Source of the DNA: Balanoglossus misakiensis
Lineage: Eukaryota; Animalia; Hemichordata
Assembly (NCBI GenBank): GCA_040954595.2
Contig: JBECUI020000034.1
Span: 1 to 64,000 of the forward strand
DNA: 64,000 nucleotides
Reading direction: 5' to 3'
Each line of letters opens with the position of its first letter. The first letter of the stretch is position 1. Positions 10,465-19,677 of the stretch are shown here, one piece after another. The notes under the pieces were generated by a model. The model was not told the origin of the DNA, did not search any database, and saw nothing but the letters and a program-made list of their open reading frames with translations. A program made the translations under genes and the position numbers.

Positions 10465-10912
10465 TTTATCCGATAGAATTATCCATTCATTATGGTTTTA
10501 CTTATTACCGCTCCACTGTTTGCTGGTATCATTATTTTTATATAATCTCTTTTTACCTGAGAGGGTAGCGTATCTTTTCTACTTCCCGCAAGGTCAAAAT
10601 TTAGAAGCAGAGGTACATTATTTACCTACCGCCACTGACGAAGAGATGATAACAAACTTTTTGCATGAGTTTGTCCTTGGTCCCATCAACATAAAGGGGG
10701 ACACACTTTTCCCGCGCGAAACAACGTTTCGATACATTCTTCTGCGGCAAGATATTTTGTACATTGATTTTGATCCGGTAGTTATTACTCATTATAATGC
10801 AAAAAAGCGTGAATTGAAGTCCTCACTGGACATTCTTCAACAAAATATTATGAAAAATTTTAGCTTTATTAATCGGATAGTGATTATGATTAACGGTGAG
10901 GAAGTATTATAA
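10448..10912 (+). CDS. GerMN-like domain membrane protein
   Basis: N-terminal TM helix, FYFP, EFVLGP, LYIDF and C-terminal IMINGE; usual neighbour of the amidase in spirochaetes. Confidence 0.65.
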   Translation: MNVKINLSDRIIHSLWFYLLPLHCLLVSLFLYNLFLPERVAYLFYFPQGQNLEAEVHYLPTATDEEMITNFLHEFVLGPINIKGDTLFPRETTFRYILLRQDILYIDFDPVVITHYNAKKRELKSSLDILQQNIMKNFSFINRIVIMINGEEVL

Positions 10913-10947
10913 TTGGGACTTGCAATACTTTTCTGATTTTGGTACTT

Positions 10948-10974
10948 TATTTTATGTATACCTCTTGCCGATAA
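10948..10974 (+). promoter_or_regulatory. possible sigma-28 promoter of flaA
   Basis: Perfect GCCGATAA -10 at 10967-10974; the -35 (TAAA) match is poor. Confidence 0.35.
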
Positions 10975-11011
10975 TCTTGGTAAGTCAAGTGATGGAAAGA
11001 AGGAGTGTTCC

Positions 11012-12031
11012 ATGAAAATTAATAATTGGTTTATATATATATTCATTGTACTATCTTTTGTATTGGTAGGAAATGTAGGGGCTGATGAAGCCTTGTTAAT
11101 TGATTTTTCCCTGTTAGGTGCTGATTATCCAGCTAGTAATCCTTTACATAATGAGCGTACTTTAATTGATTACAGTTTCATTGTTCGTTCAGCAAGTTAT
11201 ACCCCACAACAGCGTGCTTTAATGCGTACTTCGTTGGCAATTCTTGATTGGAGGGTAGTATTAAATTCCTCTGCCCGTTCGGTCATGGCAGATACCCTTA
11301 GTTATACTCGAGAGGCAACTGTTCGTCCTGAGTCGCAGACTTATCCCGGTCAGTTGGTAATGGGAGTTCGGTTACATTTTCCGGATAGTGATTACAATGC
11401 ATATGCTGATATAAAACCTCCGTTTGAAATCCCCAGCTATGCTGATCGAGATTTTGTACAACCTGATGGAACTCTTCTTGTTCCACCAGAGGAGATAGCA
11501 GGTGGCCGTAAGTTTGATAGCTATGGGGTTGTACAAAATGTTGGCACCATAAAACGGATGTCAGTTGCGACCTACGGACTTAATTATCCGCATCGCCTTA
11601 CTATGGTCTGGCGTGATGTTGATAATAAACTTGTCGAAACTCCTCTGGGTCATCTGGAGTATGACGGCTGGCAGGAATTGGTTTGGGAGAATCCAAACTA
11701 TATAAATGATGTGCGTAAGCGTGAACTTCGTGTCTTACCCTTATATCCAGAAAATTTGCCTCATATTCGTTTTGCCGGATTGAGAGTATATCGGGATGGC
11801 ACAGATATTGGTGGCGATTTCATTTCATACTTCAAAGATGTTAAGGTAACCTTTGACAAAGCATATCTGCAAATTGATAGAGCAATCAATGATGAACAAA
11901 TATGGGGCATAATGCGGGAACGCGCAAGCGAAAAATCTCGATTAATGCTGAATCAAGTAGGAAAGACAGAAATCCTTAATTACTTAGAGCTATTAAAGAA
12001 ACATGTTGAAGAGGATACGGACGCATTTTAG
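11012..12031 (+). CDS. flaA: flagellar filament outer layer (sheath) protein FlaA
   Basis: LIDFSLL, WRVVLNSSAR, GVRLHFP, NVGTIK, GW.EL.WENPNYI.DVR.RELR..PLYP, GGDFI.YFKDVK motifs; SD AAGGAG. Confidence 0.97.
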   Translation: MKINNWFIYIFIVLSFVLVGNVGADEALLIDFSLLGADYPASNPLHNERTLIDYSFIVRSASYTPQQRALMRTSLAILDWRVVLNSSARSVMADTLSYTREATVRPESQTYPGQLVMGVRLHFPDSDYNAYADIKPPFEIPSYADRDFVQPDGTLLVPPEEIAGGRKFDSYGVVQNVGTIKRMSVATYGLNYPHRLTMVWRDVDNKLVETPLGHLEYDGWQELVWENPNYINDVRKRELRVLPLYPENLPHIRFAGLRVYRDGTDIGGDFISYFKDVKVTFDKAYLQIDRAINDEQIWGIMRERASEKSRLMLNQVGKTEILNYLELLKKHVEEDTDAF

Positions 12032-12047
12032 AGCGATATAGTAATAT

Positions 12048-12080
12048 AAAAAAAAAAACCGGGCTTTCCGGTTTTTTTTT
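12048..12080. terminator. bidirectional intrinsic terminator after flaA
   Basis: A11-CCGG GCTTT CCGG-T9 hairpin. Confidence 0.85.
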
Positions 12081-12088
12081 GTTTTAAT

Positions 12089-12119
12089 AGTTTACTATAT
12101 ATATTATATATAGTAAACT
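12089..12119. repeat. perfect 31-bp AT-rich palindrome
   Basis: AGTTTACTATATATA-T-TATATATAGTAAACT, 15-bp perfect arms, ending 7 nt before the cheA ATG. Confidence 0.9.
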
Positions 12120-12126
12120 TATTAGT

Positions 12127-14685
12127 ATGTATTGGGAAAATGAAGATGGGATGTATCATAGAATGTTTCTTGAGGAGAGCGAAAGCTATCTCAAGAAGTT
12201 CGATCGTGGGCTGGAAGAACTTGAAAAAGATCATAACGTAGAAAATTTATTTCGTGTTCTACACACAGTAAAGGGCAATGCTGCATCTGCAGGGCTGGAA
12301 GAACTAAGCGATTTTGTGCATGAGGTAGAAGAATGCATTGTGCCGTATTGCCGTCAAAATAAAGCCCCTTCGGTGGACTTTTTGCAAAGCATGTGGGAAG
12401 TTCGTAAAGCTATTGAATCCCTTATTTATTCCGGGGGCGAGGTTACAAAGAAACTGGGTGAAACTGCCCTCCAGGGAGTGAGACAATCTGCTGGCATGCC
12501 TTCACAAAGAAAAAAAAAGCTAAAAAGAAAGTATGAATTACTCATTCATTTCTGCGATGGGATCGAAATGCCAGCCTTTGCCGCATTGGAACTGCAGAAT
12601 ATTATCAAAGCACAGGCCACCCTTAGCAAGAGCAAACCGGATTTATCAACAATCGAACAGAACACACAGTTCGAACAGATTAGTTTCTCTCTGGATTTTG
12701 ATGGGCAGAAAGACTCCTTATTACAGGCTGTAAAGATTCCGGGCGTAGTCAAATCTGCAGAGTTAAACGAAATACGAATCCGCAATCCTGTTCACAGCAA
12801 GTTCGACGACGATAAGTTGAGTTCCGTTAAAGTCAATCAGCAGCATTTTCAACGTCTCTGCAATACTGCAACTGAAACATTTGAACAGCAACAGAATCTC
12901 GCAGCGTCTATTCCTCAGTTGGCAGAGTCTGTTCGCTTATTATATACATTTCGTACCACGGTACAACAGCATACCCACCATGCGAGAAACTTGTTGTATC
13001 AGAGGATCCACCATATTTATCCCATAGATATAGCATTACAACTGGAAAAGTCCTTGCGTAATGTTGATAAACATCTATACGAGATGCTTATGCAATTCTA
13101 TAATAAACTTTTTTCTGCATTTTCTACGGTAAATATGCGAGTACAGGAACTATCCAATACCGTAACAAAACTAAAGCGTATAACAATTGACAGCCAAATG
13201 GTACCGGTTAGCAAATTTTTTCAGCACTTGCCGAATCTTGTAGCTAACCTCTGTAAAGAGCTGAACAAAGAGGTTACAGTTAAAATTGATGATGGGAATG
13301 TTAAAATTGACTACGCTCTGACAACATTGCTTTTTGATTCTCTTACCCACTGTATTCGAAATGCCCTTGACCATGGTATTGAATCACCGGAAGTGCGACA
13401 ACAGCAGGGGAAAAAGAAAAATGGTACCTTACTGTTTCGTGCAAGAAATCTTGGATCAATGGTACGTATTGATTGTATTGATGATGGTGCTGGAATCGAC
13501 TCCGATACGATCAAAAAGCAGGCGATAAAGCGGGGGCTTATTAAGCAAGGGGAAGAGAAGAATAGAGATGAACTCTTGCATTTCTTATTTATCCCAGGGT
13601 TTTCTACTCGGCAAACATCGAGCCGTATTTCTGGACGAGGTGTCGGATTGGATATTGTCAGCGAAAGGATAAAAAGAACACATGGGCGAGTAAGCATTCG
13701 CTCCAAGAAGGGAGATGGAACCAAACTTTCGTTATTCATTCCTCTTACTTTCTCAATTATTCAATGTGTTATTATTGTCATTGATGGGCAGGAATTTGCT
13801 GTTCCTACCTTCAGTTTCTTAGAGACCTATGCCGTTGATACTGATGCGAAGGTAAATACATGGCGGTATAAGAATAAAAACATACCCCTTTCAGATCTTC
13901 ATACTGTTTCAGGATCAAACTCTCAGCAGGATAGTCGGCAGGGTAAACAGCAGTATGTCTTTATTAGCGAGGTATCTGGACAGCATCATGCAATTGTTGT
14001 GCAGGATATTATTGCGTACCGTGAAGTTGTCGTCAAGCCTATTCGTGTAGCTGGTCTTCCGGATTTTGTGTTGGCTGGCACTATTATGGAAGATGGAAGT
14101 GTTGTGTTGATTATCCATTTATCCCAGTTCTTGCAGGGAAAGAAAGCATACAATCATAAGGTACAGGATCTGAAGCAGTACTACCAGGTATTCTTTGATT
14201 CCGCCACCACCGGGCTTGTTCCCGATACTGAATCGGAAGATATCTCAGGGGAAAATACAGGTGAAGCAAATTTTCTTGTTTTCTGGTTGGATAAGAAATG
14301 CTATGCGATTCAAGTTATGCATGTTCTTGAGCTCTGTCGGCTGAATCCAATTAGCAGCATTCCCCTTAGCAATAATCCAATCAGGGGGGTCTATAATAGA
14401 CAAGGAGATATTATTCCGGTCATTTGGGCGGGGAAGGATTTTATCCAATCCCCCGATGACGAGGCATTAGGTATTATTATCCATTACAAAAAACAAATGT
14501 TTGCATTGCAGGTAGATCGTGTTGACGGAGTTGATTATGGGAAAAAGAAAAAGGAGGACTTGGTGGATGATAAGCTTTTTTTTATCAGTCATACTTTACA
14601 GACCGATAAGCAGGAAGAATGCCTTCTTATTAATCTGGAGAAAACATTGTTTCCCTATTTACTTTCTCGGGGATCACGAGTATAA
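12127..14685 (+). CDS. cheA: chemotaxis histidine kinase CheA with an extra C-terminal CheW domain
   Basis: Hpt LHTVKG; HCIRNALDHG, DDGAGID, FIPGFST and GRGVGLD boxes; P5 domain followed by a second CheW (FLVFWLDKKCYAI...RGVYNRQGDIIPV). Confidence 0.95.
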   Translation: MYWENEDGMYHRMFLEESESYLKKFDRGLEELEKDHNVENLFRVLHTVKGNAASAGLEELSDFVHEVEECIVPYCRQNKAPSVDFLQSMWEVRKAIESLIYSGGEVTKKLGETALQGVRQSAGMPSQRKKKLKRKYELLIHFCDGIEMPAFAALELQNIIKAQATLSKSKPDLSTIEQNTQFEQISFSLDFDGQKDSLLQAVKIPGVVKSAELNEIRIRNPVHSKFDDDKLSSVKVNQQHFQRLCNTATETFEQQQNLAASIPQLAESVRLLYTFRTTVQQHTHHARNLLYQRIHHIYPIDIALQLEKSLRNVDKHLYEMLMQFYNKLFSAFSTVNMRVQELSNTVTKLKRITIDSQMVPVSKFFQHLPNLVANLCKELNKEVTVKIDDGNVKIDYALTTLLFDSLTHCIRNALDHGIESPEVRQQQGKKKNGTLLFRARNLGSMVRIDCIDDGAGIDSDTIKKQAIKRGLIKQGEEKNRDELLHFLFIPGFSTRQTSSRISGRGVGLDIVSERIKRTHGRVSIRSKKGDGTKLSLFIPLTFSIIQCVIIVIDGQEFAVPTFSFLETYAVDTDAKVNTWRYKNKNIPLSDLHTVSGSNSQQDSRQGKQQYVFISEVSGQHHAIVVQDIIAYREVVVKPIRVAGLPDFVLAGTIMEDGSVVLIIHLSQFLQGKKAYNHKVQDLKQYYQVFFDSATTGLVPDTESEDISGENTGEANFLVFWLDKKCYAIQVMHVLELCRLNPISSIPLSNNPIRGVYNRQGDIIPVIWAGKDFIQSPDDEALGIIIHYKKQMFALQVDRVDGVDYGKKKKEDLVDDKLFFISHTLQTDKQEECLLINLEKTLFPYLLSRGSRV

Positions 14686-14802
14686 GTATTATTGTTATTG
14701 ATGAATATAGGGACTATCTTTATTGTTTAGAATGGATTATAATAAATGATAAATCAAGGTAGTAAGCAGCAAACTGCTTCGTTTATGAGTATAGGTAGCA
14801 GC

Positions 14803-15294
14803 ATGTCTCAAATGAAGATTGAATATCTTAATCCATTTGTCGAATCGGCACATACACTCTTTCGAGAAGTGCTTGGAGTCCAGGTTCGACGAAAGCAGGT
14901 TTATATTCGAGCAAACCTGCTTCCCAAACTCGGGGTCGCAGCATTTATTGATTTATCAGGCGATATTGATGGACGCGTCCTCTTCGATATGAGTGTAGAA
15001 ACTGCTATTAAGGTTGCATCAACCATGTTGCAGAATCTTGACATGGAAGGGATTGATACGCTTGATCAACTGGGACGGGCAAGCATAACTGAGATGGCAA
15101 ATATGATTACTGGACAAGCAATTACGAAATTGCACGGGATTGGATTTGCATTTGAATTGACACCGCCGAAAATGTTTGTTAATAAGGAAGTAACGATTAA
15201 GTCATATGATATGACAACACTAGTAGTTCCTATGGAACTTCCCATGGGAAGGATCGAAATCAATCTTGCTTTGAAGGACGTTGAGATAGATTAA
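14803..15294 (+). CDS. cheX: CheY-P phosphatase CheX
   Basis: IEYLNPFVES, EMANMITGQA (ExxN) and VVPMELPMGRIEINLA; start may be 14812. Confidence 0.95.
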   Translation: MSQMKIEYLNPFVESAHTLFREVLGVQVRRKQVYIRANLLPKLGVAAFIDLSGDIDGRVLFDMSVETAIKVASTMLQNLDMEGIDTLDQLGRASITEMANMITGQAITKLHGIGFAFELTPPKMFVNKEVTIKSYDMTTLVVPMELPMGRIEINLALKDVEID

Positions 15295-15668
15295 TGTATA
15301 ATATTCTTGTTGTTGATGACTCACAGTTTGTCATTAAGCAGCTTTCGCAGATATTTATGTCGCAAGGCTGGAATGTTGTTGCCGTTGCGACGAACGGCAA
15401 GGAGGCAGTACAACAATATAAGTTTTATTATCCGGATGTTCATCTTGTTAGTATGGATATTACTATGCCGGAAATGAACGGATTGGAATCTCTGAAAGAA
15501 ATAATATCCTTTGATAAAAATGCAGTTGTTGTTATGGTTACTGCACTTGGAATGGAAGATTTAGTATTTAAGGCTTTACACGCTGGGGCAAAAGGGTATA
15601 TAGTAAAACCATTGAACAAGAAGAAGGTACTCAAGCGTGTAGAACACCTTCTTCTTATGGGCGGTTAG
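15294..15668 (+). CDS. cheY: chemotaxis response regulator CheY
   Basis: LVVDDS, MDITMPEMNG, VTALG and GYIVKP receiver motifs. Confidence 0.95.
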   Translation: MYNILVVDDSQFVIKQLSQIFMSQGWNVVAVATNGKEAVQQYKFYYPDVHLVSMDITMPEMNGLESLKEIISFDKNAVVVMVTALGMEDLVFKALHAGAKGYIVKPLNKKKVLKRVEHLLLMGG

Positions 15669-15732
15669 CTCAGTTGGTTAGAGCGCATGCTTGACGTGCA
15701 TGAGGCCACAGGTTCGAGTCCTGTACCGCCCA
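15659..15732 (+). tRNA. tRNA-Val(GAC)
   Basis: Acceptor GGGCGGT/ACCGCCC, D arm AGCTCAGTTGGTTAGAGC, anticodon arm CATGC-TTGACGT-GCATG, T arm GGTTCGAGTCC; no encoded CCA. Confidence 0.97.
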
Positions 15733-16335
15733 TTACCGCATCAGTTCGCCTGGATACTTACCGAATCGACTGATAATGAGTGGATCAGCGCCGGAATTGA
15801 GTAATACTTCGATTGCAGCGGTATTTCCCTGCATGGCAGCAAGATGCAACGCGGTTTCTCCCCGAGTATTGACCGCATTAGGGTCTATGCCCTGTGCAAG
15901 AACGTATGCCACAACATCGGCATTTTGATTTTGTATTGATGCGTGTAAGACGGTTTCTGCATCTATATCTCTCCTAGTTATATCTCCGCCGACATTGATG
16001 AGTTCTTGCAGTATTTCAATGCTGTTATGCACTGCTGCTAGGTGCAGAGCACTCCTTCCGCGTATAGAACGGGCGTGGACATTAGCACCGGCATCGACGA
16101 GAAAGCGAATAATCGCCGGATCACTCGTGTGCCGAGCTGCAAGGTGAATGGCTGTATCACCATTGGTATTCCGTGCTTGCAGCGTTGCCCCGGTATCAAC
16201 AACAAGTTGTTGGACCTGTTCCAATAATGCCTGAGGGAATCGGAGAAGTTCCAGTAACTCCTCATCCGGCCCGGCAAAGAGTCCTGATAAGGATAGAAAA
16301 AAGATTGCAACCACAATGATATAGTGCTTTATCAT
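15733..16335 (-). CDS. exported ankyrin-repeat protein
   Basis: Four ankyrin repeats (GDTAIHLAA, GRSALHLAA, ETVLHAS, GETALHLAA) after signal peptide MIKHYIIVVAIFF; start trimmed from 16536 (16341 also possible). Confidence 0.88.
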   Translation of the reverse strand: MIKHYIIVVAIFFLSLSGLFAGPDEELLELLRFPQALLEQVQQLVVDTGATLQARNTNGDTAIHLAARHTSDPAIIRFLVDAGANVHARSIRGRSALHLAAVHNSIEILQELINVGGDITRRDIDAETVLHASIQNQNADVVAYVLAQGIDPNAVNTRGETALHLAAMQGNTAAIEVLLNSGADPLIISRFGKYPGELMR

Positions 16336-16398
16336 AGTCATATTTTCTTCGCTATTGGCAAGGTTGTCAAGATGGCATTTATTTATATATACTGCGGT

Positions 16399-17787
16399 AT
16401 GCAGCATGTTGAGCGTCTGCGACAGTTTTGCAGCGAAATTATTTTGCCCGGAGATTCTCGATTGGACAAGTATAAGAGGGATCAGGTTGATGAAAAACAG
16501 TACTGGAATGAGCCGGATGCGGTTCTTCTTCCGCAATCAACAGCAGAGGTTTCGGCTATTGTCAGTTATGCTGCAGAACACAAGATTGCATTAACCCCGC
16601 GTGGGGGTGGGAGCGGATTGGCAGGTGGTGCTATTGCCTCATCTGGTGGAATGGTTCTGTCACTGGAACGAATGAACCGTATCATTGATATTGATGTGGT
16701 CAACGGGGTTGCTGTTGTCGAGGCTGGTGTAGTAACGGGTCATTTAGATGCAGCGCTGCGTGCACATGGTCTGTTTTTTCCTGCCTATCCCATGAGCGAC
16801 GCGATATCCTGTATCGGCGGCAATGTTGCTTGCAATGCAGGTGGCGGACGTGCCGTAAAATACGGTGTAACCAGCACACATGTACTTGGTGCCGAAGTTG
16901 TGCTTGCTGACGGAAGAACTATGAATCTAGGGGGGAGATCCCTTAAGCGAGTCAGCGGATACAATCTGCTAGCCTTGCTTATTGGTTCCGAGGGTACCTT
17001 GGCGATTTTTACCGAATTAACGCTTCGCATTATGCCCCGACCTGCCCAGCGGTCTGCCGGTTTATTTATTTTTCCTGGGTTTACGTCCGTGCTTCAATGC
17101 ATTTCCGAAATTAGAGCAAAACTGCTTCCATCTGCACTTGAGTATATGGACCGAACAAGCGTGCTCATTGCTGAGCCCTCGTATGAAAAAAAACTCGGGA
17201 CTGATGAATTGTTGCTTCTTGTTGAGGTTGATGCTCCTACGAGTGCTTCGGCAGAGATGCAGTGGAACGAGGTACGGGAGATATGTACGAAGTTCGGTGC
17301 TCGGATTGAGTTAGAGGGGAAGATGGAGGAAGATATTACTGCTATTTGGGCACTGAGACGAAAGATCCCCTGGGCATTAAAACGGTATTGTGGGGAGTTT
17401 CATGAGGTTGAAGATACGGTAGTACCACTTTCTGCTCTTGCGGTGTACACAGAGTCTGTATATCGCCTTTCACGGCAAAGTAAAGTTCCCCTTGCAGTCT
17501 TTGGGCATGCGGGAGATGGGAATGTCCATATTGTACCCATGAAACCGTCAGAAATAGCCGGCGAAGAATGGCCGGCAGTCCTACTACAGATCCAGCAGGA
17601 GTTGTACAGCCTTGTAACGCGGCTTGGTGGATTCATTAGCGGTGAACATGGGATCGGCATAAAACGCAGAGACTTTCTTGAAACGACTCTCCCAGAGCAA
17701 GAAATAAGGCTGTTTCGCCAGGTAAAACATCTTTTTGATCCTGAGAACATTTTGAATCCAGGCAAGATTATCCGTAGCCTATATTAA
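16399..17787 (+). CDS. FAD-linked oxidase, GlcD / D-lactate dehydrogenase family
   Basis: PRGGGSGLAGG, IGGNVACNAGG, GSEGTL, GHAGDGNVH, SGEHGIG and DPENILNPGK motifs. Confidence 0.93.
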   Translation: MQHVERLRQFCSEIILPGDSRLDKYKRDQVDEKQYWNEPDAVLLPQSTAEVSAIVSYAAEHKIALTPRGGGSGLAGGAIASSGGMVLSLERMNRIIDIDVVNGVAVVEAGVVTGHLDAALRAHGLFFPAYPMSDAISCIGGNVACNAGGGRAVKYGVTSTHVLGAEVVLADGRTMNLGGRSLKRVSGYNLLALLIGSEGTLAIFTELTLRIMPRPAQRSAGLFIFPGFTSVLQCISEIRAKLLPSALEYMDRTSVLIAEPSYEKKLGTDELLLLVEVDAPTSASAEMQWNEVREICTKFGARIELEGKMEEDITAIWALRRKIPWALKRYCGEFHEVEDTVVPLSALAVYTESVYRLSRQSKVPLAVFGHAGDGNVHIVPMKPSEIAGEEWPAVLLQIQQELYSLVTRLGGFISGEHGIGIKRRDFLETTLPEQEIRLFRQVKHLFDPENILNPGKIIRSLY

Positions 17788-17840
17788 AGTGGCTTGAAGA
17801 GGCAGCCGATTACTGCTGGATTCATGCTGAGAATCGGATG

Positions 17841-18671
17841 TTATTTAAGAGCGCCCTCTGTCAAGTTTCTAATAAGCTGCCGGGAGAAGATAATGTACAG
17901 TATTATGGTAGGAACCATGCCCATTAATATGGCGGCAATAACAGCATTCCAATCCGATGCGAATTGTCCAAGAAACTGGCGGGTTCCCAAGATGATGGTT
18001 TTGTTCCTCTCGCTTGGTGCGAGGATGAGGGGAAACCAGAGATCATTCCATATCGGGAGTAATGTAAAGACAGCAATAGTTCCTAGTGCCGGTCTAATGA
18101 GAGGGAGCATAAATGCGAATACTTTGTACTCACTAGCCCCTTCAAGTCGTCCGACGTCTTTTAAGTCGCGGGGAATATGCGAAAAGAATTGGCGTAGTAA
18201 GAAGATACAGAGCGGCAAGCCTTGAGCCGTGTACACGATTATTAATGCCATGAGTGTGTCAATAAGACCAAACTGATTAAACATTTGCACCAGACTGACG
18301 GTTCCCAATCTAATAGGCACCATAATACCGATGGCAAGATAAATACCCAGTGGAGAGTTCCCTTTGAAGTGGTATTCACTCAAAGCCCAGCCGGCCATTG
18401 CACCGAATAAGAGAATCAAACCGATAGAGGCAATTGCAACGACCGTGCTATTCAATAAATAGAGTGGGAAGTTTGAATAGCGAAAGACAGTGTCAAAACC
18501 GCCAAAGGAAAATGACTCTGCATTTGGCAGGGCAAGGGGGGTATTAAAGATTGCCTGCCGAATTTTGAATGCGTTAATAATAATGACAAAAATGGGAAAT
18601 AAGGAAAGAAAGGAAAAGGCTATTAACGGTATATGCACGCCAATGTGTTGTCTCTGAAGTTTATTATGCAC
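17841..18671 (-). CDS. carbohydrate ABC transporter permease
   Basis: CUT1 permease, EAA-like loop IPRDLKDVGRLEGA, WNDLWFPL. Confidence 0.93.
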   Translation of the reverse strand: MHNKLQRQHIGVHIPLIAFSFLSLFPIFVIIINAFKIRQAIFNTPLALPNAESFSFGGFDTVFRYSNFPLYLLNSTVVAIASIGLILLFGAMAGWALSEYHFKGNSPLGIYLAIGIMVPIRLGTVSLVQMFNQFGLIDTLMALIIVYTAQGLPLCIFLLRQFFSHIPRDLKDVGRLEGASEYKVFAFMLPLIRPALGTIAVFTLLPIWNDLWFPLILAPSERNKTIILGTRQFLGQFASDWNAVIAAILMGMVPTIILYIIFSRQLIRNLTEGALK

Positions 18672-18692
18672 TATGTTCTCTCCATTGTTTGA

Positions 18693-19610
18693 TTATAATT
18701 CATAGCTTTGGATCCGTTTCTGAATCCAAAGATAACAAAAAACACCTGCAAGAATAATAAAAAGCATTATGGTTGCAATCGTTGCACCCATCGTTGGATT
18801 GCCTAGTTGCAGTTGATGCCCAAAAAATGTTCGATAAAACAATGTTCCCAGTATATCAGTTGCATAGTTTGGTCCTGCCAATACTCCCTGCGTTGTATAT
18901 ATTAGGTCAAAGGCATTAAAATTGCCGATAAAAGTTAGCACCCCAACAATGGCAACCATTGGCAGCAGCAGGGGAAATTTAATCCACCAGTATATTCGCC
19001 AGTTCCCCGCACCATCAACGTATGCGGCTTCAATCAGTTCTCTTGGTATGCTGATGAGTACCGTATAGAACAACATCATTGGTATGCCGACAAATTGCCA
19101 AACGGAAATAAACGACAGAAAGGGAAGTGCACTTTCTTCTAATCCCAGCCATGGTTGAAAGAATCCATCAAGTTGTACAACCGCCAAGAGACTTTCGGCG
19201 ACTCCCCAAGTGGGACTGAGGATAAGTTGCCATATAAAACCGATAATAACTACCGATATCATGGTAGGCAAAAAGTAAATAGTGCGGTACATGGCACGTA
19301 GTTTTAGAAACCTCGTGCAGAGCAAAGACGCAAGAATCAAGCCTATAGCATTTTGTACGATCATATGAATAACAAAAAACAAAACATTGTTTTCTAGTGC
19401 ATTAAAAAGTCTGGGCGCCCACGAAGAATCGAATAACAAACGAAAAAAATTCTCGACCCCTACATACGTGAACTTCCCTCCTAAACTATCAGCGGTATAA
19501 AAACTCAATAACAAGGAGTTAATAAGTGGCCAGATCATAAATATGCTATAGATTACTACTGCGGGGAGAAGAAATACAATGATATAAAACCGCTTAGCAA
19601 CGGACTTCAT
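18693..19610 (-). CDS. carbohydrate ABC transporter permease
   Basis: IPRELIEAAYVDGA EAA loop, multiple TM helices. Confidence 0.94.
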   Translation of the reverse strand: MKSVAKRFYIIVFLLPAVVIYSIFMIWPLINSLLLSFYTADSLGGKFTYVGVENFFRLLFDSSWAPRLFNALENNVLFFVIHMIVQNAIGLILASLLCTRFLKLRAMYRTIYFLPTMISVVIIGFIWQLILSPTWGVAESLLAVVQLDGFFQPWLGLEESALPFLSFISVWQFVGIPMMLFYTVLISIPRELIEAAYVDGAGNWRIYWWIKFPLLLPMVAIVGVLTFIGNFNAFDLIYTTQGVLAGPNYATDILGTLFYRTFFGHQLQLGNPTMGATIATIMLFIILAGVFCYLWIQKRIQSYEL

Positions 19611-19625
19611 TTATTATTACCAATT

Positions 19626-19661
19626 AATCTATCCCCTTTCGTAGATTGAAGGGGATAGATT
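19626..19661 (-). terminator. intercistronic stem-loop after the substrate-binding protein gene
   Basis: AATCTATCCCCTTTC...GAAGGGGATAGATT inverted repeat. Confidence 0.7.
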
Positions 19662-19677
19662 GTTTGCAGCATTACTG

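Noticed and set aside
12089-12119. Borrelia-type replicated telomere junction or canonical dif site
   Set aside because: TAGTA is present, but the odd-length centre and spacing do not fit; arms are too far apart for a 28-bp dif. Kept only as an unexplained palindrome
15659-15732. tRNA-Val as an integration site for an island
   Set aside because: No duplicated tRNA 3' end noticed and no integrase in the window
15733-17787. Apparent 200-bp head-to-head overlap of the ankyrin and oxidase ORFs
   Set aside because: Disappears when starts are placed at 16335 and 16399
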